A stretch of 64,000 bases of DNA from Macrostomum lignano (taxonomy: Eukaryota). The stretch's first letter is position 1, and the number at the start of each line of letters is the position of its first letter. The notes under the pieces are model-generated. The model made no database searches. It saw only the letters and a program-made list of their open reading frames with translations, and was not told where the DNA came from. The stretch is taken from contig NIVC01002291.1 in assembly GCA_002269645.1 (NCBI GenBank), positions 202,333 through 266,332 on the forward strand. The letters are read 5' to 3'. Positions 12,383-23,242 of this stretch are shown piece by piece. The position numbers and the translations under genes are program-made.

Positions 12383-12710
12383 ATCCGCTTAAGTCGGGGG
12401 TTCGAATCCGGCGTGGTGTGTTTTTAGCGTTTCAATAATGATTGAATTGAAATATTCGAAAAAATTGTCATGCTTTTCAATTGTAAATCATATGATTGTG
12501 TCGACTTTTTTTAAATTGCGCTTAGTAAATATATAAAAGCATATGCTTATTGTGTTCAAAATAATGTAACTGACTTATTGTTATTGTCTTTGCTGCGTAA
12601 GTTTGTTGTTAATTAAAATAAACTGCTTTGATTGTGCAGTTTTTGCTATGCTTAATAAGTTGCATGCAGTCTGTGGGTGTGCACTTTTCTGCTTTTTATA
12701 TATTCTTTGT

Positions 12711-12716
12711 AATAAA
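12711..12716 (+). terminator. Candidate polyadenylation signal of the U1A-like gene
   Basis: AATAAA 330 nt after the stop, at the end of a U-rich 3' UTR. Confidence 0.55.
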
Positions 12717-12772
12717 ATACTAGGTTTATGTTTCGTTAGACTTAGGTATGAATAGGGTGTTTGTTGAGGATT

Positions 12773-13173
12773 GATAATCCACTAGCTCTCTCGGATAATC
12801 CACTAGCTCTCTCGTATAATCCACTAGCTCTCTCGGATAATCCACTAGCTCTCTCGGATAATCCACTAGCTCTCTCGGATAATCCACTAGCTCTCTCGGA
12901 TAATCCACTAGCTCTCTCGGATAATCCACTAGCTCTCTCGGATAATCCACTAGCTCTCTCGGATAATCCACTAGCTCTCTCGGATAATCCACTAGCTCTT
13001 TCGGACAATCCTCTAGCTCTCTCGGATAATCCAGATAATCCACTAGCTCTCTCGCGGAAAAACCATAGGCTCTCCTGGATAATCCATTAGCTCTCTCCTG
13101 GATAATCCATTAGATCCTGGATAATCCATTAGCTCTCTTACGGATAATCCATTAGCTCTATCGGATAATCCAT
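12773..13173. repeat. 21-bp minisatellite (GGATAATCCACTAGCTCTCTC)
   Basis: Direct tandem repetition, degenerating towards the 3' end. Confidence 0.95.
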
Positions 13174-13534
13174 TTACAATAAGAGGGTCAGAACCATAGG
13201 CATTATTTTGTTGTTTAAAATAAGTATTTTGAGATTTAATAAAAATTTATGCTCAATACTTCACGCCTAAGAGTCAATTAAGTCTCCTTAAACTACAGAA
13301 ACTGCACTCTGATCCTCGTGTTTTGCTATACGAGTTTGGCATACAGAAAGTGCCAAAGAGCTGCCAATAATAAGCTGCTCAAATTGAAATTAGTCTGAAT
13401 TAAAGAACAGAAACTTCATTCGACTAATGCCATGCAAGCTGCTTGGAAATTTTTAGCGAAAGCTCGCTTTTACAAAAGATTATGGCTTCCCCCTGACAAT
13501 TTATGTTGCTGCGCCGCTAGAGGACAGTCGCAGG

Positions 13535-13864
13535 CAGGGGCTGTGCGCACCCTGGCGCACTTTAAGCGACATTGTCACACAACCGGCGAGAGGCATTGCT
13601 GCCCATTTCGCCGACTTCTCTGAGCAGGCACACAAGCGCGCGGATACGTACGCAGTCATACGCACAGGCACACACTCACACAGGAGTGTACAGCGGCCCT
13701 AACTTTATTTATCGTTCAGCATGTACACTTCACTGTGCCTTGGGGGTTGGCCATCAAGGCCGTTAATTGCACGAGCAGAGCCAAGCCGAGATTCCAATTT
13801 AGCCCCAAATTAATGCGACTGCACTTGGAATCGAGCCTGGGCCGCTGGCACATGAGAGCGGTAG
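13535..13864 (-). mobile_element. tRNA-derived SINE, copy 2 (5' end truncated or diverged)
   Basis: The reverse complement matches copies 1 and 3 from the B-box GGCTCGATTCC to the 3' end. Confidence 0.8.
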
Positions 13865-14238
13865 AATGAGACACATGAGAAGGCTAAATTGATTATAAAC
13901 TGTACAATAAGGGATATGGGAAATATCTTCGTCCCGGCGCAGCAAATAGAAATTGTCAGTGAGGAATAAGTTTAGTAAGTGTCAACTACTCTGTGAGAGA
14001 AGGCGAAGCACTTTAAGCTTTCAATAGATTTCCATAACTTTTCAAGTGTTAAAGTCCTTAGCTAATGATTTAGCAGTGCACAGCGTCGGCTTGAGTTTGG
14101 TAAGTCAGTGTCCATCTAGTTCAGTTAGCTAGTAATAGAATCCAATTGCATTTGATTATTAGCTGCTTTGGCTTTCACGTACCAACACGTCGCTCACTCC
14201 ATCCATCCTGAGCAGCGGCTGGCTTATCAACTGTTGCC

Positions 14239-14973
14239 ATGGTGATGGACAACCGGCCCTGTCACACTATCTACGTGAACAATCTGAACGATCGCGTGAA
14301 GAAATCCGATTTAAAAGCTGGCTTATATTACCTGTTTAATCAGTTCGGCAAGGTGGTCGATCTTGTCGCCATGAAGACGCCGAGTATGCGCGGCCAGGCA
14401 TTTATTGGCTACAAAGACATCAGCCATGCCACGGTTGCTGTGCGATCTCTGCAGGGCTTCCTGCTGTTTGACAAGCCAATGCGGCTGCAGTTCGCCAAGC
14501 GAGACTCCACTGTTGTTAAACGGCTCAAAGGGGGCACCGCGCTTGATAAGAAATCCGCTGGCAAAGCCGCCGCCGCAGCCGCCTCAGCTGCCGCCGCCGG
14601 CTCGCAGGATGAAGCTGACAAGCGCAAGAAGAAGATCACCATCCGGATGATGACGGACGCTGAATCGGCTGCTGCCGCCGCATCGGCCGCTGCCGCTTCA
14701 TCTGAGGCTGAAGAGCCAATGGAGGAACAGGAAGGAGAGGCCAACAATGTGCTGCTATTGAACAACCTACCCGACGAGACCACTGCCGAGATGTTGCAGA
14801 TGTTGTTCTCTCAGGTGGACGGACTTAAAGAGGCCAGGTGCATCGATGGCCGGCCCGATGTGGCTTTTATTGAATACGAGACCGAGGAGCAGGCCAAGTC
14901 CGCCATGGACATTTATCAGGGCTTCAAAATCGATCACGAACACGCTATGCGTATCAGTTTTGCCAAGAAGTAG
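14239..14973 (+). CDS. SNRPB2: U1A/U2B''/SNF-family snRNP protein, U2B''-like paralogue (two RRMs, intronless CDS)
   Basis: MDNRPCHTIYVNNLNDRVKK...FNQFGKVVDLVAMKTPSMRGQAF and C-terminal NNVLLLNNLP...MRISFAKK. The start could be ATG 14239 or 14245. The symbol reflects motif similarity only. Confidence 0.9.
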   Translation: MVMDNRPCHTIYVNNLNDRVKKSDLKAGLYYLFNQFGKVVDLVAMKTPSMRGQAFIGYKDISHATVAVRSLQGFLLFDKPMRLQFAKRDSTVVKRLKGGTALDKKSAGKAAAAAASAAAAGSQDEADKRKKKITIRMMTDAESAAAAASAAAASSEAEEPMEEQEGEANNVLLLNNLPDETTAEMLQMLFSQVDGLKEARCIDGRPDVAFIEYETEEQAKSAMDIYQGFKIDHEHAMRISFAKK

Positions 14974-15024
14974 TGTGCTCATTGTCTGCTCCTGCTGCAA
15001 TTAATTCCCTACTGTAGTCATTGG

Positions 15025-15656
15025 GCCTTCCCACACCCCAGTACTGAGCCTTCCCACACCCCAGTACCGAGCCTTCCCACACCCCAGTACCGAGCCTTCC
15101 CACACCCCAGTACTGAGCCTCCCCCACACCCAGTACTGAGCCTTCCCACACCCCAGTACTGAGCCTTCCCACACCCCAGTACCGAGCCTTCCCACACCCC
15201 AGTACCGAGCCTTCCCACACCCCAGTACCGAGCCTTCTCCACACCCCAGTACTGAGCCTTCTCCACACCCCAGTACCGAGCCTTCCCACACCCCAGTACC
15301 GAGCCTTCCCACACCCCAGTACTGAGCCTCCCCACACCCAGTACTGAGCCTTCTCCACACCCCAGTACTGAGCCTTCCCACAACCCCAGTACTGAGCCTT
15401 CCCACACCCCAGTACTGAGCCTCCCCACACCCCAGTACTGAGCCTCCCCACACCCCAGTACTGAGCCTCCCCACACCCCAGTACTGAGCCTTCCCACACC
15501 CCAGTACTGAGCCTCCCCACACCCCAGTACTGAGCCTTCCCACACCCCAGTACTGAGCCTTCCCACACCCCAGTACTGAGCCTTCCCACACCCTAGTGCC
15601 AGTACTGAGCCTTCCCACACCCCAGTACTGAGCCTTCCCATACTCCAGTAACGAGC
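15025..15656. repeat. 23-bp minisatellite (TTCCCACACCCCAGTACTGAGCC)
   Basis: Direct tandem repetition starting about 50 nt after the U2B''-like stop. Confidence 0.95.
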
Positions 15657-15944
15657 CCGACAGTACATTTACACGTATTAAATACCCATTAATGATTGGG
15701 TTGTTCGTTTTTAGTAATAATACTGATTTTCGTGGCAGTGATGGCGTAAACTTTGAACTTTCGCATTTCTTTGTTAGTTTTGCTATTTCTCTCCCTTGTC
15801 GTTTCATCATGTTACTCATAATGCCTTGTAGTCGTCTAATTATAGTAGGCAAGTAGGAAAATTTTCTTATAAATTGTTCCTAATATAAAGTCTGTTAGCT
15901 CCTTTCAACGACTTCTGTTCTCTATTGTCACTTGCTTGCTCTTC

Positions 15945-15950
15945 AATAAA
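15945..15950 (+). terminator. Candidate polyadenylation signal of the U2B''-like gene
   Basis: First clear AATAAA after the stop, followed by U-rich sequence. Confidence 0.45.
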
Positions 15951-16292
15951 ACTAACCATTTGTTTCACTTTATGACATTATTGTTTTGCCCTATGTTTAT
16001 TTAACAAGCCAAGCGGAATTAAAAGTGTATTGTTAACCTCCTTTTCAGGAAGCAAAAAAATTGGAGCAAAAGAGTTTTCTAAGTAATTGAGGCTTTATTC
16101 ATTTATTTATTTGCTTACAGTTTTGAGTAAAGACACATTCTATTTAGCCTACTTACAAGAGTAGAAAGAAGAAAATTTTTCATAGAAAACATTTTTTTTG
16201 AAACAATTATATTCGATTCGTAGCTTACTTAGACTACTGATGACAGTAGACAGTAGAACATTTTAAAATAATTGTATTGGCATAATACCCCG

Positions 16293-16691
16293 ATGAAGCT
16301 AACAGTGACCACCCTGAGCGGCGAAGGCGCCGTTGCTCAAGTGGACGCCTCGCCGGACATGACCGTGTCCGAGCTGTTGGCCGTCTGCCGCGCTGAACTC
16401 CGCCTGCCGGCTGGCAACAACATAGTGCTGTTGCACAATGGCCAGCCGTTGAATTCGCCTCAGGCTAAACTAAGCCAGGCTGGCGTCACTGACGGCGATA
16501 TGATTATTGCTCAGCCTATGCCTAATCAACAGCAGATGCAGCAGCAACAGCAGAGGCAGCGGCAGCAGCCGGCTCGAGGAGGTGGCGGCGGCGGCGCTGC
16601 CGGCGGAATGCCGCTTATTGATTTTTCAGGCGTTCGGCTTGGCAGCGGAGGGAGCGGCGGCAGGCAGGCGCAGCCGCAGCGCCGGTTTGAG
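16293..16691 (+). CDS. DDI1: DDI1 exon 1 (ubiquitin-like domain)
   Basis: MKLTVTTLSGEG...LLHNGQPL...LSQAGVTDGDMII is a UBL pattern. GAG|GTCCGG donor; 399 bp, phase 0. Confidence 0.85.
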
Positions 16692-16700
16692 GTCCGGAGC

Positions 16701-17500
16701 AGTAGGGAGTAGTGATCATGAGGATAGGGAGTAGTGATCATGAGGATAGGGAATGGTGATCATGAAGATAGGGAATGGTGATCATGAAGATAGGGAATGG
16801 TGATCATGAAGATAGGGAATGGTGATCATGAAGATAGGGAATGGTGATCATGAAGATAAGGAATGGTGATCATGAAGATAGGGAATGGTGATCATGAAGA
16901 TAGGGAATGGTGATCATGAAGATAGGGAATGGTGATCATGAGGATAGGGAATGCTGATCATGAAGATAGGGAATGCTGATCATGAGGATAGGGAATGGTG
17001 ATCATGAGGATAGGGAATGGTGATCATGAAGATAGGGAATGGTGATCATGAGGATAGGGAATGGTGATCATGAGGATAGGGAATGGTGATCATGAAGATA
17101 GGGAATGGTGATCATGAAGATAGGGAATGGTGATCATGAAGATAGGGAATGGTGATCATGAAGATAGGGAATGCTGATCATGAGGATAGGGAATGGTGAT
17201 CATGAGGATAGGGAATGGTGATCATGAAGATAGGGAATGGTGATCATGAAGATAGGGAATGGTGATCATGAGGATAGGGAATGGTGATCATGAAGATAGG
17301 GAATAGTGATCATGAGGATAGGGAATGGTGATCATGAGGATAGGGAATAGTGATCATGAAGATAGGGAATGGTGATCATGAAGATAGGGAATGGTGATCA
17401 TGAGGATAGGGAATGGTGATCATGAAGATAGGGAATAGTGATCATGAGGATAGGGAGTAGTGATCATGAGGATAGGGAATAGTGATCATGAAGATTAGGG
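16701..17500. repeat. 22-bp minisatellite (GATCATGAAGATAGGGAATGGT), DDI1 intron 1
   Basis: Direct tandem repetition starting about 10 nt after the donor. Confidence 0.95.
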
Positions 17501-17504
17501 AGCG

Positions 17505-17935
17505 AGGATAAGGGGATTATAAAAGCGCTAGGATAAGGGGATAGAATCGCTAGGATAAGGGGATAGAATCGCTGAGATAAGGGGATAGAATCGCTAGGAT
17601 AAGGGGATAGAATCGCTAGGATAAGGGGATAGAATCGCTGAGATAAGGGGATAGAATCGCTGGGATAAGAGATAGAATCGCTAGGATAAGGGGATAGAAT
17701 CGCTGGGATAAGGGATAGATACGCTAGGATAAGGGGATAGAATCGCTAGGATAAGGGGATAGAATCGCTAGGATAAGGGGATAGAATCGCTGGGATAAGG
17801 GGATAGAATCGCTGGGATAAGAGATAGAATCGCTAGGATAAGAGATAGAATCGCTGGGATAAGGGATAGACTCGCTAGGATAAGGGGATAGAATCGCTGA
17901 GATAAGGGGATAGAATCGCTGAGATAAGGGGATTA
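17505..17935. repeat. Second 22-bp minisatellite (GGATAAGGGGATAGAATCGCTA), DDI1 intron 1
   Basis: Direct tandem repetition abutting the previous array. Confidence 0.93.
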
Positions 17936-18005
17936 GGGTAATGAGTCATGACAAAGACGCAGCTTGATCGCATTGATCATTGACACCCATAAACACCAAC
18001 TCCAG

Positions 18006-18356
18006 ACTGACGAGGAAGCCTCGGCCGCGGTGGCCTCGAACCCGGAGATCCTTCGCCAAGCCCTGCTATCGATGCCCGAACAGCTGGCCGCCCTTCGCCA
18101 ACAGAATCCTCAGCTGGCCGACGCCGTGTCCGACCCGGACAGATTTGCCCAGCTTGTCCGAACGGCCCAGTCTGAGCGGTCACGCGCCGCCCAAGAGCGA
18201 GCCCGCCTGATGGCCGCCAATCCGTACGATCCCCGCGTGCAGCAGGAGATTCAGAGCCTCATACAGCAGCAGAATATCGATTCCAGCATGGAAACCGCAC
18301 TGGAGCACATGCCCGAGGCCTTCGCCCCCGTCAATATGCTCTACATTGATGGTAAA
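18006..18356 (+). CDS. DDI1: DDI1 exon 2 (helical domain to the start of the aspartic protease domain)
   Basis: ctccAG|ACT acceptor. ANPYDPRVQQEIQSLIQQQNIDSSMETALEHMPEAFAPVNMLYIDGK. AAA|GTGAGC donor, phase 0. Confidence 0.92.
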
Positions 18357-18414
18357 GTGAGCTGCTGCTGGCCACACACTGCGGACTGCTTATTCAATAT
18401 AGTCAGCCTTGTCT

Positions 18415-18995
18415 ATCCATAATCCACTGAATCTAATTCATAATCTACTGACATCTAATTCATAATCCACTTACATCTATTCATAATCCACTGGCATCTA
18501 ATCCATAATCTACTGACATCTAATTCATAATCTACTGACATCTAATTCATAATCCACTGACATCTATTCATAATCCACTGGCATCTAATTCATAATCTAC
18601 TGACATCTATTCATAATCCACTGACATCTAATTATAATCCACTGGCATCTAATTCATAATCTACTGACATCTATTCATAATCCACTGACATCTAATTATA
18701 ATCCACTGGCATCTAATTCATAATCTACTGACATCTAATTCATAATCCACTGGCATCTAATTCATAATCTACTGACATCTATTCATAATCCACTGGCATC
18801 TAATTCATAATCTACTGACATCTATTCATAATCCACTGACATCTAATTCATAATCTACTGACATCTATTCATAATCTACTGACATCTATTCATAATCCAC
18901 TGGCATCTATTCATAATCCACTGACATCTAATTCGTAATCCACTGACATCAGATCCATAATCCACTGACATCAGATCCATAATCCACTGACATCT
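18415..18995. repeat. 21-22-bp minisatellite (CATAATCCACTGACATCTAATT), DDI1 intron 2
   Basis: Direct tandem repetition; shares ATAATCCACT with the 12773 array. Confidence 0.93.
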
Positions 18996-19116
18996 ACTAA
19001 TCGTTAAAAGATATCAAAGTCGTCAGAAGATGACCGAGAGGCATCTATAAATCAAGATACTGGTACAATTTTTACATTAATCACAATATTCGTGTAACTT
19101 TGGCAAACCCGCCCAG

Positions 19117-19404
19117 GTGAATGGCCATCCGGTGAAGGCATTCGTAGACAGCGGCGCCCAGATGACAATCATGTCGCTGCCCTGCGCCCAGCGCTGCAAC
19201 GTTGAGCGCCTGATTGACAAGCGCTGGGCGGGCATCGCCAGAGGCGTCGGCACTCAGACCATTGTGGGCAGAATTCACCTCGGCCAGCTCCAGATAGGCG
19301 GCGACTATCTCGCTTGCAACTTTAGCGTGCTGCGAGACCAGAGCATGGACCTGCTGCTGGGCCTTGACATGCTCAAGAGGCACCAGTGCCTGCTGGACCT
19401 CAAG
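19117..19404 (+). CDS. DDI1: DDI1 exon 3 (retroviral-type aspartic protease, DSGA active site)
   Basis: gcccAG|GTG acceptor. [20 protein letters not shown]...[17 protein letters not shown]|GTTTGA donor, phase 0. Confidence 0.95.
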
Positions 19405-19424
19405 GTTTGATTGTTTCTTGCTTT

Positions 19425-19561
19425 TATCCCCGTGCTTCCCCTCTATCAGATCCCCATGCTTCGCCTGTATCAGATCCCCCTGCTTCCCCTCTATCAGATT
19501 CCCATGCTTCCCCTCTATCAGATCCCCGTGCTTCCCCTCTATCAGATCCCCCTGCTTCCCC
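19425..19561. repeat. ~24-bp minisatellite (CCCCATGCTTCCCCTCTATCAGAT), left of the LINE insertion
   Basis: The same array resumes at 21861. Confidence 0.9.
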
Positions 19562-21860
19562 TTGACTTACTTTGACTTAGCTGCAGGGCTGTCCCGAAGG
19601 GGACACAGCGGGAAGGCGCGGGCGCCCATTCCGCTAGTCCCTGAACGGCCGACGCGTCGCTATGGACGGAGGGTTGGCGCCGCCCAGGGAGGTCCCCCAG
19701 TGTCGCCAGCAGCTATGGTGCTCTCTGGAAAGGAGAGTTCAGCCCTGCGGGTGGCCCGAAGGTAGCGCATGAGCTGATTAAAGTTTTCGGGTTTGCACGC
19801 TTCAGTAATAGATGTGTGTGGCCCGAGGTAAGTGAGTCTGGCCCGCGTGAAGGCGGGACAGATGCTGACGAAATGCTCAGCGGTTTCGTCACCTGAGTTG
19901 CAGAAGCTACAGGTGGCGTTGGTGGCGTTGCCCTGCAGGTACTGGTGCCTGGAGAAGCAGCCGTGACCAGAGAGGGTCATGGTGGCAGCCCGGATGTCTC
20001 TGCGCGAGAGGCGCAAGAGGAGCTTCCGGAGCTGGTGAGAGGGCTGAGGGACAGCGCCTCTGGATTGCCTGCAGTTCGTGCGGTTCGCCCAAGTCGAGCG
20101 GTGCTGAGTCCTGATCCACGCTTTGATGCGCGAGTCGATGACACAGCCAGGAATCGGGACAAGAGGTTCGGGGCCGAGAGAGGAGCCGGAGGCACCAACT
20201 TTTGCAAGGGTGTCAGCCAACTCATTTCCTCGGATCCCCACATGCCCCGGAACCCACTTAAGGGTAATTTTGTTGGCGGAACCCAACATGTTGAGGAGTT
20301 TGATACAGTCGAGGACTGTAGCAGAGTTGGTGCTGCAGCCACTGATGGCGTGCAAGGCAGCTTGGCTGTCCGAATGGAAAATGATGTTCTTACCAGTAAC
20401 GCCAGTGGCGAGAAGCTCTGCAGTGCAGGAGCTGATGGCCAGAACTTCATTTTGGAAAACACTGGAGTTGACCCCAGTGTATTGAGCGTGGGTAGCGATG
20501 ACCCTCCCGTTCAGAAAGATTCCAACACCAAAGCCGGTGTTGGCTGACTGCTTAGAACCGTCGGTGTAGCAATGAAGCTCACCAGGGTTCCATTGGTCAT
20601 TGATGTTATCGCGCGAGTCGATAGCTACGGAGTAGCGCTGTCTCAGGTTGAGCGTTGAGGCAATGCCATCGGTGAAGACGCGATTGGCCTGACACTCGTT
20701 GAGAAAGTTGAGGCACAGATCGCTATGCGGGACAAGGTTCCGCTTAGCAGGTGCTCTCATGTAAATGAATTTGACGCCGGCATCAATTAGACGCCGCGTC
20801 GTTCTAGCCGCCTCACCCCTGATGAAGAGGTCAAGAGGCGGAAGATTAAGGAAGGCCCCCATGCCAGCAAAGGGCGTGGACCTGGTGGCGTTGCAGATGA
20901 GCCTACACGCTCTGCCTTGGATCGTGTTGAGCAGGTCTGCATGGCTTTTGACCTGGGTAGCGCTAACCCAGACAACAGAGGCGTACGTAATGGCAGGTCT
21001 AACTACGGAAGTATAGATCCACCAAAGCCGCTTTGGGGATAGATCCCAAGAAGTGCCAAGTGCTCGTCGGAGCTGGGCCAGGATGGCTGAGGCACGCTTG
21101 GCTTTTGCTTTCACGTGGGAGGACCAGTTGAGCCGGTGGTCAAGTATGACCCCGAGACATCTGGTCTGGTGCGCGAAGGCAATATCTCTGCCGTAGAGCT
21201 GCAGAGGACGTATGTTCCAGCGTAGTCTGCTGGTAAACATAATGGCAACGGTTTTGGGCTCAGAGAGTTCCAGACCATTGTCATTGGCCCAGGATTCTGC
21301 TTTGCGGATAAAGCTCTGCATCAGATCCCTGAGCGTGCTGGGAGACGGTCCTGCCACAATGGCCGTGACGTCATCAGCATACCCGACTTTGAAGACGGGG
21401 TCGGGTCGGGAGTCACTCAAAAGAGCGTCCATGACCAGGTTCCAGAGCGTCGGGGTGAGGACTCCGCCTTGGGGTCCACCCTTACAGACTCTGGTGGAGG
21501 CAGTTTGCCCAAGAAGTTGGGCAGTGACCGTACGGTTGGAGATCATGTACATGATCCACCGTATGAGGGTAGCATGAGCTTTGCGATTTTGAAGGGCCCT
21601 CTGAAACGCTTCAAAGATAACGTTGTCGAAGGCGCCAACAATGTCAAGAAAGAGAGCCAGAGCGTAACCGTCACCCAGTACCGCCCTTTCAATCTTCTCG
21701 ACAATCGCATGCAGGGCGCTGTCAGTCGACCTCCCGGTACGGAAGGCGTGCTGATTATTGCTGAGGGGCATCGCTGTCAGCTCGCAGGACAGCAGCCGCC
21801 AGAGAATAAGCCTCTCAGTGAGCTTAAGCATTGCTGACGTTAAGCTAATAGGCCGGAAGG
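19562..21860 (-). mobile_element. 5'-truncated non-LTR retrotransposon (RT + RNase H + CCHC; I/Loa-like group), antisense in DDI1 intron 3
   Basis: 13-bp TSD CCCCTGCTTCCCC at 19549-19561 and 21861-21873. Short-repeat 3' tail TAAGTCAAAGTAAGTCAA. No endonuclease domain, because the copy starts at the FRPISLTS motif. Confidence 0.92.
19660..21858 (-). CDS. Retrotransposon ORF2 fragment: reverse transcriptase, RNase H, zinc knuckle
   Basis: RT motifs QHAFRTGRST, PQGGVLTPTLWN and YADD. RNase H motifs YTDGS, EVLAI, SDSQAAL and WVPGHVGIRGNELAD. Zinc knuckle CSFC...EHFVSIC. The frame is open up to the 5' junction. Confidence 0.93.
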   Translation of the reverse strand, partial: FRPISLTSAMLKLTERLILWRLLSCELTAMPLSNNQHAFRTGRSTDSALHAIVEKIERAVLGDGYALALFLDIVGAFDNVIFEAFQRALQNRKAHATLIRWIMYMISNRTVTAQLLGQTASTRVCKGGPQGGVLTPTLWNLVMDALLSDSRPDPVFKVGYADDVTAIVAGPSPSTLRDLMQSFIRKAESWANDNGLELSEPKTVAIMFTSRLRWNIRPLQLYGRDIAFAHQTRCLGVILDHRLNWSSHVKAKAKRASAILAQLRRALGTSWDLSPKRLWWIYTSVVRPAITYASVVWVSATQVKSHADLLNTIQGRACRLICNATRSTPFAGMGAFLNLPPLDLFIRGEAARTTRRLIDAGVKFIYMRAPAKRNLVPHSDLCLNFLNECQANRVFTDGIASTLNLRQRYSVAIDSRDNINDQWNPGELHCYTDGSKQSANTGFGVGIFLNGRVIATHAQYTGVNSSVFQNEVLAISSCTAELLATGVTGKNIIFHSDSQAALHAISGCSTNSATVLDCIKLLNMLGSANKITLKWVPGHVGIRGNELADTLAKVGASGSSLGPEPLVPIPGCVIDSRIKAWIRTQHRSTWANRTNCRQSRGAVPQPSHQLRKLLLRLSRRDIRAATMTLSGHGCFSRHQYLQGNATNATCSFCNSGDETAEHFVSICPAFTRARLTYLGPHTSITEACKPENFNQLMRYLRATRRAELSFPESTIAAGDTGGPPWAAPTLRP

Positions 21861-22945
21861 CCCCTGCTTCCCCTCTATCAGATCCCCCTGCTTCCCCTCT
21901 ATCAGATCCCCGTGCTTCCCCTCTATCAGATCCGATGCTTCCCCTCTATCAGATCCCCATGCTTCCGCTATACCCTATCCCAGATCCCAATCCTGTCAAA
22001 TCCCCAATCCTGTCAGATCCCCATGTTTCCCCTCTATCAGATTCCAATGCTTACCCTCTATCAGATTCCAATGCTTACCCTCTATCAGATCCCTATGCTT
22101 CCCCTTTATCAGACCCCTATGCTTCCCCTGTATCAGATCCCCATGCTTCCTCTATCCCCTATCCCAGATCCCAATCATCTCAAATCCCCAATCCTGTCAG
22201 ATCCCCATGTTTCCCCTCTATCAGATTCCCATGCTTCCCCTCTATCAGATCCCTATGCTTCCCCTCTATCAGATCCCTATGCTTCCCCTGTATCGGATCC
22301 CCATGCTTCCTCTCTCCCCTATCCCAGATCCCAATTATCTTATATCCCCAATCTTCTCAAATCCCTAATCCTGTCAGATCCCCAATTCTCTCAGATCCCC
22401 AATCCTGTCAGATCCCCAATTCTGTCAGATCCCCAATCCTGTCAGATCCCATTCCTGTCAGATCCCATTCCTGTCAGATCCCCATCCTCATAGATCCCCA
22501 ATCCTCCCAGACCCCCAATCCTCCCAGATCCCCAATCCTGTCAGATCCCCAATCCTCCCAGATCCCCAATCCTCCCAGATCCTCATAGATCCCCAATCCT
22601 CCCAGATCCCCAATCCTCCCAGATCCTCATAGATCCCCAATCCTCCCAGATCCCCAATCCTCCCAGATCCCCAATCCTGTCAGATCCCCAATCCTCCTAG
22701 ATCCCCAATCCTCCCAGATCCCCATCCTCATAGATCCCCAATCCTCATAGATTCCAATCCTCCCAGATCCCCATCCTCATAGATCCCCAATCCGCCCAGA
22801 TCCCCATCCTCATAGATCCCCAATCCTCCCAGATCCCCATCCTCATAGATTCCTAATCCTCCCAGATCCCCATCCTCATAGACCCCCAATCCTCCCAGAT
22901 CCCCAATCCTCCCAGATCCCCAATCCTCCCAGACCCCCAACCCTC
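21861..22945. repeat. Compound minisatellite (24-bp unit grading into ~17-bp CAGATCCCCAATCCTCC), DDI1 intron 3
   Basis: Direct tandem repetition ending about 30 nt before the acceptor. Confidence 0.92.
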
Positions 22946-22972
22946 TGACCAGCCCCGCCCCGCCGCCCGCAG

Positions 22973-23242
22973 TCGAACAAGCTGGTGATCGGCACTACAG
23001 GCACAGTCGCCCCGTTTCTATCCGAGGCCGACCTGCCCGAAGACGCCCGGGCCAGCGGCGGCGGCAGCGGCGGCGAGGGCGGCAAGCCGATCACCCAGGA
23101 GTCTATTGACGCCGTCGTAGCCGGAGGTCCCGACGGTACAACAGCCGACGATGCTCGAGAAGCGCTGATGCACGCTCTAGGCGAGGTGGACGCCGCTATA
23201 GCCTTTCTGGTTGCTAAGCAGAGCGAGAGGTCCGGGCAGTGA
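22973..23242 (+). CDS. DDI1: DDI1 exon 4 (end of the protease domain plus a UBA-like C-terminus)
   Basis: ccgcAG|TCG acceptor. SNKLVIGTTGTVAPFLSEADLP followed by ITQESIDAVVAGG...AREALMHALGEVDAAIAFL; TGA stop. The spliced total is 435 aa. Confidence 0.9.
   Translation, partial: SNKLVIGTTGTVAPFLSEADLPEDARASGGGSGGEGGKPITQESIDAVVAGGPDGTTADDAREALMHALGEVDAAIAFLVAKQSERSGQ

Noticed and set aside
12395-12412. GGTTCGAATCC B-box just after the U1A stop as a tRNA gene
   Set aside because: There is no A-box at the right distance and no complete T-stem or cloverleaf.
12383-12716. Vertebrate-type PIE autoregulatory element in the U1A 3' UTR
   Set aside because: No ATTGCAC or ATTGTAC pair was found near the AATAAA.
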